Assembly (NCBI GenBank): GCA_951406725.2
Contig: OX597814.1
Location: 8,494,001-8,558,000, forward strand
Length of the DNA: 64,000 bases
Direction of reading: 5' to 3'
Source: Octopus vulgaris
Lineage: Eukaryota
Every line of letters starts with the position of its first letter. The stretch's first letter is position 1. The notes under the pieces are model-generated. The model was not told the origin of the DNA and ran no database searches. It worked only from the letters and a program-made list of their open reading frames with translations. Below, piece by piece: positions 50,582 through 63,975 of the stretch. The position numbers were made by a program, and so were the translations under genes.

Positions 50582-51268
50582 AGGTGGATGTCATTCCATC
50601 AACGTGTGGACGCTAGTTGCTCTCGTTCATACTTTACATTTAAATTTCTGTAATTTTGAATTTGTATCACTTCTTATTTTCAACTTGACAAAGACAGACG
50701 TACTGTTGAAATATCGTTCAACTAATAAAATATCTTACAATCGAATCTCACTCTTCATCTTGACTGTTTACCTTTGTGAAGAGTTACATCAATCCTGTTT
50801 AAAATATTATTATTATTATTATCATCATTATTATTATTAAGGCAATGAGCTGGCAGAATACTTATCAGGTCAGGTGATATTTTTAGCAATATTTTTTCCA
50901 TCTTCACATTCTGAGTTCAAATTCTGTTGATGTTAGCTTTGCCTTACATCCTTTCAGTAAATTAAATACCAGTGAAATGTCTACTCCCCTTTTCCAAAAT
51001 TTCAGGCCTCGAGCCTTAAGAAGAAAAGGTTTTTATTATTATTTTAAAAGGATTGATGTAACTCTTCACAAAGGTAAATTGATAATACAAAGAGCACGAT
51101 GTTATTGCAATAGATATTTCATTGGTTTGCATGATATTCTGACAGCCTGCTTCGCTTTGTTTAGTTCAAAATGTGAAGTGATACATAGAAATTCAAAATT
51201 ATAGAAATTCAAATCCAAAATTTGAACGAGGCAACCAGCATTCTCATGTTGATGGAATGACATCATCA
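50582..51268. mobile_element. MITE-like element with ~100 bp imperfect terminal inverted repeats and a nested SINE
   Basis: gatgtcattccatcaac..gttca..aattttgaattt..gtatcactt at the left end is mirrored at 51175-51268; a SINE fragment lies at 50838-51030. Confidence 0.6.
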
Positions 51269-51399
51269 ATCTTCAATTTTCAAGTTTACAACCAGCAAAA
51301 ACGAAAAGACTGAAAGAGAAAGGAAAGGAAAACAAAGAAGCATATTTAATCAAATAGTTTTGTGTAAATATGATGAATTTCTCCTGTCATTTTATTCGT

Positions 51400-51870
51400 T
51401 CCTCCAGGGAATGATGTTAATAATGCACAAACTTATTTCTCCTCATGCATTTTGAGTATTGAAAGTGTAACAGATTTAGAAGATTTTTTGAGAATATGCA
51501 CTTTCTCAAGTCTGTTTCAAAATTGCAGCCATTTGATGCAAAATGTTTGGTAAGTTCTGTCCAACTACTGTTATTGTGCCTGACATCATATCTGTGCCCA
51601 TTAAGTCTTTTGTTTAATTGTTCTTTTGTGCAACGAACATAAACCAAGTTGTGTTTCGTGCATTCTGCTGCATACACCAAATGGGAATCTCTACATGTCC
51701 CACCTTCTGTATAAATCATAACATTTCTGATATGATACCTGATGGAATTCACTTGATTCATGTTGTTGTACAATGAACAGGTCTTACCTCTTTTGCAGCT
51801 GTTTTTCAGGGTACAGCATGCAGGTACCCCAATGTTAGTTTCCTTGGAGTCAGAAGTAGAGGTTAATAAT
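51400..51870 (-). mobile_element. Penelope-like element GIY-YIG endonuclease relic
   Basis: TCRDSHLVYAAECTKHNLVYVRCTKEQLNKRLNGHRYD fits the PLE pattern C..NxxY...C..(C/H)...YVG.T...L..R...H. Confidence 0.7.
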
Positions 51871-52760
51871 TCTTTCAGTTCCAGTTAATCATTAAAGAAA
51901 TTTCATAATCTATTGTATTGTGTCTGCTAAAATTATGCATGAAATTGTTTTGTCTTTTTTTGCCAATCTTAGCTATTTCATTTGCTATTTCCTTTAATCA
52001 TAATTCACTGTAACTGTGTTTGTCATGATAATGTACAAAGGTTTCTAGTAATCCTGTGTCAGTACAAATCCATTTTATCCTCAACAACTGGGATTTTGGA
52101 TTTGATCGAATTATGTGATGTGGATGGACAGAGTGGTGGTGGATGTAAATGTAGGCTTGCAAAGCAACTCTGTCACTATTCTGCCTCCAGAAAACTTAAC
52201 TTTTGTGTCCAAATAATCAATGCTAGTTTTTGAAAAACTAGATGTAAATTTTTATAGAAATGCAAAAATTCAATTATAGTATCCTGCAATCCTTCCCAAG
52301 CAAAATTACATCATCAGGGTACTGTAACCAGAGTATTGGTTGATGGCCATGTAAGAATTTGAATGTCTTCAGTAACTCTGTTTAAAATTTTGTTGTGAAG
52401 ACATTTGCGAAATTAGCTGCCATGGGAGTATCCATGGGGCAACTCCTCATCAGGTGGTAAAATGTTTGCCCAAACTTCGTTGTGTTACTTTGTAACACAA
52501 ACCTCAATAATCTACAGAGCATATTTTATGAAATACTTTCGTTTGACCATTTTCTCAGGCATTTGTGTATTTTAGGGAGACTGTAAAATACAAGTGTTCT
52601 TTTTGATCATAAAAATGACAATGGAGTCAGAAAACCCTATGATTATGGAGAATAAAAATGATGATGATCGAATCTAGCATAACTGGATCTAAAAGGATCC
52701 CAATATCATTGAACCAATAAAACATCTATTGCAATCACATTATGCTCTATATATTGCCTA

Positions 52761-52801
<41 letters not shown>

Positions 52802-53258
52802 GCCTTTGCACAGCTTCTAACGCTGGAGATGTACTACGGTGTCAGCTGTTCACTACCAGTGAACTAAGGTAACACCCCTTATTTTTCGAGCACCATCTAG
52901 AGTATTCGAGTGGGTCCAAGTAGTGCTGTTTTCTGCAAGTGCTCCATCCTTATTGCAGCCCCTATTTGTTCCATGTACTTCTTGAGATTTTTAATCACTT
53001 TTCCCTGGGCTCCAACAATTATTAGTACCATTACCACCTTTTTCATCGACCACAACTGCTTAACTTCCCAAGCTAACCTGTCATATCTCTCGACTTTTCT
53101 TTCTTCCTTATCGCATACCTTGTTGTCAGCACTGTTTGCTTTTTCTCTCGATTAAGACTATGTCTGGCTTCCTATTCTCTGTCTCATGGTCACACTGAAT
53201 CATAAAATCCCACAGGATCATTGCATTATCATTTGCGATGATGCCTTCGGGTTTATAG
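52802..53258 (-). mobile_element. R4-like 3' end (family of 40562 and 41960) after (TTA)n
   Basis: Near-identical 3' sequence; ILWDFMIQCD..KPDIV. Confidence 0.8.
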
Positions 53259-53289
53259 TCGTCATCATCATCATCATCATCATCATCAT

Positions 53290-53512
53290 CAACATTACGG
53301 CAGTGACCTGGCAGAATTGTTAGCATCTTGGGGAAAGTGCTCTCTGGCATTTCGTCTGTCTTTATGTTCTGAGTTCAAATTCCACTGAGGTCAACTTCAC
53401 CCCTCATCCTATTGGGATCGAAAAAATTTAGTACCAGTGACACACTGGGGTCAATGTAATTGACTTATTCCATTCCCCCAAATTTCTAGACTTCTGCCAA
53501 AATTTGTAATCG
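53290..53512 (+). mobile_element. SINE whose 3' half is homologous to the 115-bp satellite unit
   Basis: agtaccagtgacacactggggtcaatgtaattgactta..aattt..tgccaaaatttg aligns with the satellite unit. Confidence 0.7.
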
Positions 53513-53959
53513 TCGTTGTTATTGTTATCGACCTATATTGCACATTGCTCCATAAGTTTTGTTGTTATTCATATTGTTACACATCGTACATTTGTTATCA
53601 TTACTTGATTAAAAAAAACCAGGACCTTGGGGACTGGTTAGTTTTCCCACATCTGTAGGCTTTAGGGGCCATTCTGGTAATCTTTTGGGCTAAAAAACAA
53701 GGGTGGGGAACGAGAATTGTTCATCCATTGAAAAGAAGAGCTGGTCCCCCAGAAGAGAGAACAGCCAAGTCTTACAAGCAACAACAACATCAACAATAGT
53801 GCATGTGAGGCCTAGGAAAGCGATTTTGCCTTGCTTCTGTCATCCCATTTCACCATCACAGGAACAAAAGAAATTAATGAGAAAAAGTGACAACAACAGC
53901 GAGAAAACAGCTGCCATGCTGGTGGCAGCTGCAGCAGCAGGTTTGCCAGTACCACTGCC

Positions 53960-54270
53960 AACATCATCATCATCATCGTTTAACATCTGTTTTCTAAGCA
54001 TGCATGGATTGGACAGTTGACAGGAGCCGGCAAGGTGGAAAATAACTACCCTTCGCTACTGTGTCTGTTTTGGCAGGAATTTTACAGCTGGATGCACTTC
54101 CTAACACCAACCACTCAGCAGAGTGGACTCAGTACATTTTACGTGGAACTAGCACAACAAAGTTAGTTTTGGCATTATTTTTGCAGCTAGATGCCCTTCC
54201 AAATGCAAGCCATTTCACAGTGTGCAGTGGATGCTTTTTACATGGCACCAGTGCTGGCAGGGTCACCAAG
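53960..54270 (-). mobile_element. SINE/RTE tail fragment
   Basis: (CAT)n plus tttaacatctg..cagctggatgcacttcctaacacc. Confidence 0.55.
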
Positions 54271-54714
54271 ATAATGAATTATGAGAGGGGCAAGAGGAGA
54301 GCTTGTGTCAGATGATAAAAGGTTAGAGTGTGACAGAGAGGCAGAAACAGGGGTCTTGCCATAACAGAGAGGGCATTGGAGGAGGTGTGCACAAAGTGAT
54401 AAATCTCTTCTGCACACTCTCATTCACTTCCCAACCATTCTTTCCTTCGTAAAGATCATCCCACTGCTTTCCTTTAACTGGGAAGGGCAGGCTGTGTTTC
54501 TTTGTCTGGTGCAAAAGAAGTTGTGTGGTGGACTAAGTTGAAAAGGCTTGAAGATTGAAATTTTCCTTTTCAGCCAAGCTCTCATCAATTTGTTCAAGTT
54601 TCACTTGGAAAGGAAAGTGAGGATAGAGAAGGAAGTACTGCATTCCAGTGATTTTGTTAAGAAGTGAGTGAATGTAGTGCAAATGACCTGAGTGAATCAG
54701 CCTACACTATGGCT

Positions 54715-56500
54715 ACGATCCATCTGAAAATCATAGTCCCAGAGTATCGTTACTTTTCCATCCTCCTGCATAACTTTTTTGGTACAACTCATACCAGTTC
54801 TTTGTTACTTCATATTGGTATTTATGGCATAAGGGCCAATGAAGATACTCACTCACTTTATCGTAACGGTGCTTGTATTCTTTTTGTGCAAGGCTCTCTC
54901 AGCCACTTCACCAAGTCAGTCACATTTTCCATACTCTTTCCATAGAGTCTGCATTTCTGAGTGTCAGAAGTTTTATAGATGTTATACTTAACTAAATTGG
55001 TAACAAGGCCTGGTCTTGTGCAGCAAGATCAGGTTTTCATTTGTATACTTCAAATCACCTCGCTCAAGCCATACTTACGATGCTGTATAATCCTTAAAGT
55101 CTTGTGTATTCCTTTCAAACTGTCCATGCATTCTCATTTCAAGAAGGTCTTCTTTTCTATTCTCCTCGGCTCTTTGGTTAAACTCTTCCTTGCCCATCAT
55201 TTCAGCTGCATTTACCTCCATATCTTTCGCGGCATATTGCTGCAGGTCTTCATTACAATTCATCAAATACTCAGCAATCATTCTCCTTTCACTCCTTATA
55301 CAATAGTCTATACTAATTAGTCCTCTGCCACCATTCTTCGTTTTCATGTACAGTCTGTTTACATTTGCTTTAGGTTGTAGCGCCCCATGCAGCGTCCTCA
55401 GCTTTCTCGCCCTTCTATCCAGTGTTGATATTTCCTCCTTAGTCCATTTGAGGATGGACGCACTATATCTGACCACCACAACTGCTCAGATATTCATTGT
55501 AGTAATCAAAATTTTGGCATTCAGATTGGATTTCAACACCATCTTCACCCTTTTTTGATACGCCTCACTGACCTTGACTTTCATTTCTCTGTGTAGAATG
55601 TCATCCAGCTCCAAAGTCCCTAAATATCTATACCCATTACCACCATCGGGTTCACCCATGGTCTCTCCTAATGGTAACTGCAATCCTCTGCCGGCTGCTT
55701 TCTTCCCACTTTTCATATTAAGTACTGAGCATTTGGTAATCTCAAATACCATACCGATGTTTCTACCACACTTCTGGACTGTTTTGGTTAAGAAATCTAT
55801 CTGTTTTTCAGATTTCCCAAACAATTTCAGGTCATCCATAAACTGAAGATGGTTCAATGATGGGCCTTTCTTCCCACATTGGTAACCCATCTTAACATTC
55901 CTAAGTGTCATTGTTATGGGAATGAGTGCAATTACAGAAAGTAACGCCTTGGAAGTTTCCCCTTTTAATATTAACTTCTCCAAGGAATACATTACTTGAC
56001 TACAATTTGGTTTCCCACTCTTTCATGCTATGCATCAGAAAATTTGTGATGTTGTCAGCAACGCCAAACATCTGCAGGCATTCAACGATCCAAGAACGAG
56101 GCATCATATCATATGCCTTCTTAAAGTCAATCCAAGCCACAGACATGTTTGTATGCTGTTTTTTACAATGCCTCAGAACTGTTTTATCGATGACCAGGTG
56201 ATCCTTGGTACCCTGAGAACTCTTCTTACATCCTTTTTGTTCCCTTGGTAGTATTTCTTCCTGTGCTAGGAAAGTGTATGTCTTTGCCACACACATTCCA
56301 GTGAGTATCTTCCAGATTATGTTTAGGCATGCTAAGGGATGGTACTTTCCCTACAATATTCCCCTTTCTTCTCTCTTTTGTTACAAGTGTTCTCCTCCCA
56401 GTCACCATCCCCATACCTTTCGGGATATGCTCATTCAATTGGGCTGCTAGTCTTTCATTCACTGTGTGGCATCTCTTCAACCAGAAGCCATGAATCCCCT
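54715..56500 (-). mobile_element. R4-like segment almost identical to 36995-38790
   Basis: The same broken ORFs recur at an offset of about 17,719 nt (37356/55075, 37767/55486). Confidence 0.9.
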
Positions 56501-56529
56501 CTTTAAGTTATCATATTATTATTATTCAT

Positions 56530-59400
56530 ATAAACTCAACAGGTTAGACTGTTGGAAAAGAAAAGAATCCTCATTTTGGGCTACAACGAGTGGCCTTACA
56601 TGCCAAGAACCCTCCTAAGTACAATAGTTCTCCCTAATAATACTATTTTGTGCAGCTGTACTAAACTGGGTTTATGCCTATTGTATCACTTTCCTCTTTA
56701 TTTGCCTACCCTACATTGGGAATCTGCTTGTTTTTTTTCTATTTGAATTTTATTCAATTAGTTCTTAATGCTTGATCTTGAGCAGCTACTGACAAACTTT
56801 CTGTCTCCTTCTTGAGATTTCCTTTCTGCTAGCATAACCATTTTGCACTACTACTACTTGCTCCAGCTCTCTCTGAGAATCTACCATGCAAAGCCTTCTC
56901 CTGCCACTCAGATAATTTCTATTCTTTTTTTCTGGTTTTAAACTTCGTTTTGATGTTTTGCTTTGCCTTTGTCATGCTGTGACTCGAGCAGCTCTTAGTA
57001 AATTTTCTTCCTTATTACCTACAGATGAGTGTATATCTACTCTAGCTAAATCCACACTGTCTACAACTGATATTAACCTCCTTCATTTCTAGTTAGGTAC
57101 AATCTTGCTACTCCTGCCCTTGGGTGGAATCCTCCATTCATATTGAATTCCTTCCTACTTCTTCTGCTTAGCTTTACTAATTCAGTTTTTGTCCAATCTA
57201 CAAAAGCTGCCGAGTATCTAAGTAAGGATACTGCCCAAGTATTTACAGCCTTCACTAGATTCAGACCAGTTAGCTTTGACTTCATTAACTTCCTCTCACC
57301 CTTCTGATGTACTCCTTTTCAATTTTCCTTTTCATTTCTATAGTTAGTTCCCTGTCAGATTCTAATACTCTTAGATACTTATAACACTCTCCTCCTTTCA
57401 ATGATTTCAATGTCTGGCCAATTGGTAATTGGATGCCTTCGCTGTTGACTACCTGTCCCTTTTCATCATGACTAATATTGCACCCTTATCTATGCCAAAT
57501 TCCATGCCTGTATCTTTGCTCAAGAATCTTACATTTTTTCATTCTTACTAAAAAGCTTCTGATCATCCATGTAGAGCAAATGGTTAATTTTTCCCTTACT
57601 ATTTCTGAACTCATATCTGGCCTCTTTCCTTCCTTAATACTTAACTGGGGAGGGATCAAACATAAGACAAAATATTAAGGGGTACAACGACTCCCTCTGG
57701 AAAATTCCTCTTTTGATATTAACTTTTCCTAAGAGTGTGTCACCTGAGCAGAGATCTACTTTCCATTCCTTCATGCTGAAGCTAATTAATTCTCTTTTGT
57801 TGTCTGCAATTACTGAATATACTCAAACATCCACTTAGCCATGAGTGTGGGATCATGTCATAGGCTTTCTTATAATCTATCCATGCTATTCTTAGATTTT
57901 TCTTTCTAGCTTTTACTTCGTTTAGAAATGCTTTGTCTCTATATAATGGATCATGTGTTCCTCTAGACTTCTTCCTGCAACCTTTTTGTTCTTCTGGCAA
58001 TAAACTCTGGTTGTGAAGGTGCTTGTAAATGCTTTCTGAAAGCATTCCTGTTAACAGCTTCCGCACTAATGGTAAACAAGTGATTGGTCTATAATTGCTA
58101 GCTGTATTACCCTTGCTCTTATCCTTCATAATGAGTATTGTCCTCCTTCTTGTCGTCCAATCTGGTATTATTCATCCATTAAGGCAATCCTCAAATTATT
58201 CCCTCAGCAGCCCATGAATTTCTTTAATTAGGACCCTTCGACTAAATCTGGTCCTGAGCCCTTCCAATTTGGCATTTTTCCTAACACTTTATTCAATGAT
58301 TCACTAGTTAGTATTAGATTTGGCTGCCTCTCAGTCAAATCTAGTTTTTCCCTCACTTCTTTTAATCATACTGCATCTCGATTATGATTGACTGACTCAT
58401 CCTAAATATTATTCCAGAACTTTCTCACTTCTTCTGCATTAGGTTTCTCATCTTCAGTACTTCCTTCTCCATTAATTATCTGGTTATAAAATTTCCTCAG
58501 ATCTGTCTTAAATATTCTATTCTGTTGATACTGATCTATTCTTTTCTGATATCTGGAAAGCTTGCCTGCTACTGCTATGACACACGGTTTCAACTTTTCT
58601 ATTACTGCCCCAAATCCTTTCTCTTTGACTAAGTACCTTTTCTCAAGGAAAGATTTGCATCTTGTGTTTCCTATCTTGTTCATTTTCCAGGCTTCTATTC
58701 TACTCAGATCTTGTCTTAAGGTCTTCACTTTATTTTGTAGTCTCCTTTTCCACATTTGCTCTTTTCTAGTCTTTCCCTGTGAGATATCTAATCTTCTGGT
58801 CACTACAACCCTTTCTGCATAGATCAGTAAATTTTTGTCTCCTATATATTTAGTATCCATCCTGCTGATAACAGAGTCTACTTTCCTAGTCATTTCTAGC
58901 AGCTTCTGTCTGTTGGTGCCTTTTAATATTGCTAATCTTTTTCTTACTTCTTCACTCATTACTTCCTGTAACTTATCTAAAACCTTCTGATCTTTCTCAC
59001 TTAAATCACTTAAGTCAATGGTGCCAGTTGTCCCTTCCTTATTGGTAGAACTATTGTTATTTTTCCCTTTAGGTTCTTCTTTGCTTTGAGATGTATCTCT
59101 TATCTTGCTGTTTCTACTTCCCGTTGCCTGATCTTGTGTTCTTTTGTTGGGTATCGGCTTTCTATGACACATGTTTTTGTTCATATTGTTGTGTATTTAC
59201 AGTATGACTTTATTCTTGTATGTTTTTCCATTTCCTAGCATTTATCATTATCTGTCTGCCTTTCTTTTTCTTTTTTCTTTGTTGGCTTAGTTATGGGTTC
59301 CTTCTTTGCAGCATTTACCTTTTTTCACTGAACCCTGCCGATAGTTGATGTGTTGATGTTTCTTTTACAGTTATAATTATTTTTGATGTATCTGTGAGAA
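56530..59400 (-). mobile_element. Degenerate R4/Dong-like retrotransposon (another subfamily)
   Basis: ORFs 58402-59184, 57782-58129 (NYRPITCL, AWIDYKKAYD) and 57073-57285. Confidence 0.85.
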
Positions 59401-59442
59401 ACTAAGAAGAAATAGGAATGTGCATATACATATAGAGGTCTT

Positions 59443-59465
59443 GTCTCTCTCTCTCTCTCTATTTA

Positions 59466-59518
<53 letters not shown>
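59443..59518. repeat. (CT)n(AT)n microsatellite
   Basis: Seen directly in the sequence. Confidence 0.9.
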
Positions 59519-59521
<3 letters not shown>

Positions 59522-59834
59522 TGTATAATGTAATTAAAATCTTAAATTTTACTCACAGGTTTGCAGTTTTATGCACATGCTGTAGCAGTGTTTTTGGGGG
59601 AGCTATACTTTTGTATATATATATATGCTCCATATAAGCAAAATCTGTCTGTTTCCTGTTATGGTCCCATTATGACCTAGTTTTCTTTCATTGATTTTAT
59701 GCATTTTTAATTCCTCCTTCATGATGGTTTCAGTTTTAAGGAATCTTCCTGGTAGCTTGCTGTCACACATCCATGCTGTTTGCTATTCACTGCGGTCTGT
59801 TTCCATTTTATTGTTATTATTATTATCTCTTTAT

Positions 59835-60980
59835 CACAGGTTTTGTTGGAACTCCTAGAGTCTTGCATACATAGCAGGCTTACTACCTGCGACCTACGGT
59901 ACCATGCTATCCATTCTTTTCCTGATTATCCTGGCCATGCCACGGAGGCAAACCTTTTGTAAACATTTCTACTGGGCACTCTATTCCAATTTCCTTTATA
60001 TTTTCCTTGATGCCTTCCAAAAACGCCCCCAAGGACCCAATAACAATTGGTACTACCTTCACTTCCATCATTCCCATAGCCATGCTCTGATGATTATATA
60101 TATCTACCTTTTTTTACCTTCGTCCTTGATTATTCATAGGTCAAAGGGACATGCAACATTAACTATGTAGCACATGTGGTGCATCATGTCCACCACCACT
60201 GGGCCCAGTCCTTTTTTTATGCTTTAGTACCTGATCTATTTGGATTGAGAGGTCCCAGAAGATTTTACAAGTCTTCAACTCCCCCACTCTCTGAAGCTTA
60301 TACTCATCCCAAGTCTTGCTTCTCTCTAACCCCCACTTTTCATACAGTTTCCAATGTGGCACTTTCATTAATTATCATGTTGCCGCAATTTGTAGTGGCA
60401 CAATTTGGGCAAGTCTAGGGCATTCATTCATGATGTGCATAATGGTTTTGACCACTCTGTTACAGATGCGGCACAGCAAAGACACTTGCTCATTCCTAAG
60501 GTTCACCCTTTAATTCATGGCCAAAGTTTGGCCTTGCACTGCCAGTATGGTGCTGCTCTCGGCCTCTTTTTTTCAGTGTTCCTTTCTTCAGTCAATCCCA
60601 TTTAGGTTTTCCTGCAACTTCTGTTGTGGTTACATGCAAATCATTATGTGGTCCCTTCTTCACGTCCCTTTTGTACTTCTTTCATTGTTTTCCCTTTTTT
60701 CTCTCTGCTCTCAATACTCCCTCATTCCTAGCTGCCACTAGCAAGGTTTCCTTACTTTCGGCTAGGTATCTCGTCCCTTTTCCTCTCTTTGCTCTCATCG
60801 TGTCTAGGTGATCTGTGTCTGCACATGGATGATGGCTTCCATGCATCATCGTTATGAGCTTTCTTGCCTTCCTCTCCAACTCCTACTCTCTCCACTTCAG
60901 AATTCCAGCATATTGCCAAGTTCATTGCCAGAGTTATGTTTCTAGCATTTAGCTTTGAAACCAATATTTTTCTCACTCAC
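59835..60980 (-). mobile_element. R4-like 3' fragment
   Basis: KVPHWKLYEKWGL..KIFWDLSIQ; RKLITMMHGSHHP; related to 1545-2130 and 3020-3515. Confidence 0.7.
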
Positions 60981-63350
60981 CACATGCTGCCACAGCTAAG
61001 ACCACAGCCAGACATATTGAATTAGGGAAAATAAATTGTGCCTCTATAAAAGGCACTAACACCTCTGTGAACATGGCTTGGCCAATCAGATCAGCTGATG
61101 TATAACCAAGGGCAATGGAATCTTCCCATCAAATAGTCTGGTCAAATGGTTTTCAGAAACCATGTTGGGCATTATTAAAACTGCATTTTTAAACAGAATG
61201 AGCTCTGATACTACACAGATGTTCTCACTTTTCTTTTTCTGCTTAGAACAACCTAAAGTGCTTCTCAAAGCTGTGTCAGTCAGTTTTGTGAGAAGACATT
61301 TTCATTTTTTTCTGTTTAAATATTTTCCCAGTAATTATGAACTGTCTTTGTATTAATATTGAGCATATTATACAGTGAAAACTTGTATTTATTTCCGTTC
61401 AGTATCATTTGAATGTTACTTCAGCAAATAGAAGAACATGTGGAAATATGTGGGCATGACTAAAAGGTCCACTCAGAACCATATATAACAATCCCAAGAC
61501 CTCCTTTAAGGTCTATGAGAGAAAAATGCCACATACATGGCTACGCATGTATGATTGCCGAAGGAAAGTAATCTTTACTTCAATGGTAGCAGAAGGTGAA
61601 GTCTGTGCCTTGCCAAAAAGAGAACTTATATTTAAGAACTCTCACCACCCAGATGCTTAATTCAAACCCAAATTCCACTTTGCTGGCAGTTACTCCTCAC
61701 TCAGAGATTTTGGACAAGTGGCATAACCAATGATGGAATCCTCCTCTCTAATTGTCTCTTGCAATTAGAGATGTGGCACTTGCTGTCAGAAACCCATTGC
61801 CCTACTTCCATACTGGCCACTCTGATGAGCACAGTGTTAGATGATATCCTGTGCAAAACTGATTTGTAAGAATGGCTGAAATGGATTTATAATACTGTAT
61901 AGTTTTGATGGTAAATTACCTCCTCTATTAACAAATGTACGAATGCCTGTTTTCCTAGTTGAGGGTGTCTTACACTTATTTCTATATCATCATCATCATT
62001 ATTTAATGTCCATCAGTTTGACAAGATCTGGTAATCTCTAGATCTGTGTTAGGTTCCACACTCAGCTGGCTGGCTGAGTGCTGCTGGCTGGCTGAGTGCG
62101 GCTGGCTGAGTGTGGATGGCTGGCTGCCCTTCAAAATGCCTATCATTTTACAGTGTGGAGTGAAAGCTGCTTTTCTCATGGCACCAGCACTGGTGAGGTC
62201 ACTAAGTATCTTGCAAAACAAAGCAAAGAATGGAAAAGGATAAAAACCCCCAATGGAATTGGGGGGAGGGTGGCTTGTTGCCAGGGGTAGAAAGTCTAAA
62301 GTTTGCCAAAGGGTCAAGCACAGTTGTCTGGATATAGAGGGATTCATGGCCTCCTTATATTTATGCAAGGGTGCATGACAGTATCTAGAAGGGAGAAAGA
62401 TGGTGGTAATAGGGTGCAAGAGCATAGTCCCAAGTTACAAGAAGGGGAGTAGAAGGGAGACTGTGGATGAGGAAAGAAGGAATGGGAGGGTAATGGCATC
62501 AGAGTGTGAGATGAGAATGGCAGAGGTTAGAGATGGGGCTTGAGGTGGTTGTAGGAAGTGAGGAACAATGGTTTGAGGTGGAGTTGAGAGACTGACGGGG
62601 CTCGGAAAGGAGGAGGTGACAAGAAGTAGCATAGGAAGGGTGGAGAGCAGCAGAACCATCAATCTGTTGATAGATGAGGAGGAAGAGAGATGATGACCAG
62701 GATCTGACAGCAGAGGGAAAGCAAAAATGATGAACTGTGAAAGAGATGGGAGTCAGAGATACATGGGGGTGGCTGTAGTGAGTGGGGCCAGAAAACTGGA
62801 GGGAGTTTTAGCAATGGCTGTGAGAGGGTGTTGAGAATGATTGCAGATAGGATAAGTGTTCAACAGGAAACCTGGCAGAGTAAGGTGTAGCTAAGAGGGG
62901 TGGGTGGGAAAGATTAGGGAAGGGACAGAAAGGGATGATCGATGGAAGGGTGTATGGACAGAGATGATGATGCAAGTGAGGCGACTGGTATTAACGAAAG
63001 GGTATGGTCGGTATTGAATGCTCTCAAATGGTTACAGCAGTAAAGTAGGACCATAGTTAGAAGAGTATAATAGAGGGATGGGTGTTAGGAAGATGAGATG
63101 TGGTGAAGGGGATGCTTCACAGGGACAGATGTGGGTGTAGGGCCCAGCATGGACAGTTTTTGGACATGACTTTTGCTGTGACAAATGTGTCTTTATATAT
63201 CATTTTGTTCAACTTGGACCTGGATGGAATATGGACATTATATCATCATGGGGGGGGGGGGGTAATGATGATGTTGGTATATATATATATATATATGTGT
63301 GTGTATACCTATACACACACATACACACACTGATATTTGTTTATTTTCAG

Positions 63351-63466
63351 AAACCACAACATCAAAACAGGAATCATCCTCCATGGCACCAAGAACTAAT
63401 GTGGCATTGACAAAGAATCGTGGCATCAAAATACAACTAATGATTGATTCAATTTCTAATGCATCT
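63351..63466 (+). CDS. Macro module copy 2, exon A
   Basis: tttattttcag| ... TCT|gtgagt; ETTTSKQESSSMAPRTNVALTKNRGIKIQLMIDSISNAS; in-frame 21-nt deletion relative to copy 1. Confidence 0.85.
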
Positions 63467-63747
63467 GTGAGTAAATAGATTCACTTAACATATTTATATT
63501 TAATTGTTATTTCATTTCCAAATGAGGAATCATTACAGTTAATTAAAACATTTTCTCAATCTAACTCAAACATTTTATTTCCTTCACATCTGATATCTTG
63601 AGTATATCTTTTGCTAACTTTAACAACCTCAAACTTACTACAGCCATTCTGTAGAGCCTTTCTTAACAACAATATCAACTGCAACAATGTATCTCTCTTC
63701 TCTCCATGGACTGTTCCTTAGTTGTTTACCATTAATTACTTTTGTAG

Positions 63748-63975
63748 GTTGATGTCATCGTTAACAGCACCAATGAACGGCTCCAGCTTAACAAGGGTTC
63801 TATTTCCAATTCTATTCTCAATGCTGCTGGTTCACAGATACAATATGAATGTAACCAGAGATATCCTCAAGGTATTTCTACATCTAAAATAGCCATCACT
63901 AAAGGATATAACCTCAAATGTAAGAATGTATTTCATCTGGTATTACCTCTCTGGGATGAAAATTCCTCTGATTTA
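63748..63975 (+). CDS. Macro module copy 2, exon B
   Basis: tttgtag| ... TTA|gtaagt; 228 nt; VDVIVNSTNERLQLNKGSISNSILNAAGSQIQYECNQRYPQGISTSKIAITKGYNLKCKNVFHLVLPLWDENSSDL. Confidence 0.92.

Noticed and set aside
62300-63120. Purine/G-rich stretch as a gene or G-quadruplex element
   Set aside because: Low-complexity degenerate sequence with no coherent ORF or regular G-tracts; a similar tract occurs at 35380-35630.
1243-63975. Assigning the gene symbol PARP14
   Set aside because: The architecture is PARP14-like, but no WWE or catalytic domain is in the window and orthology cannot be shown without a phylogeny.
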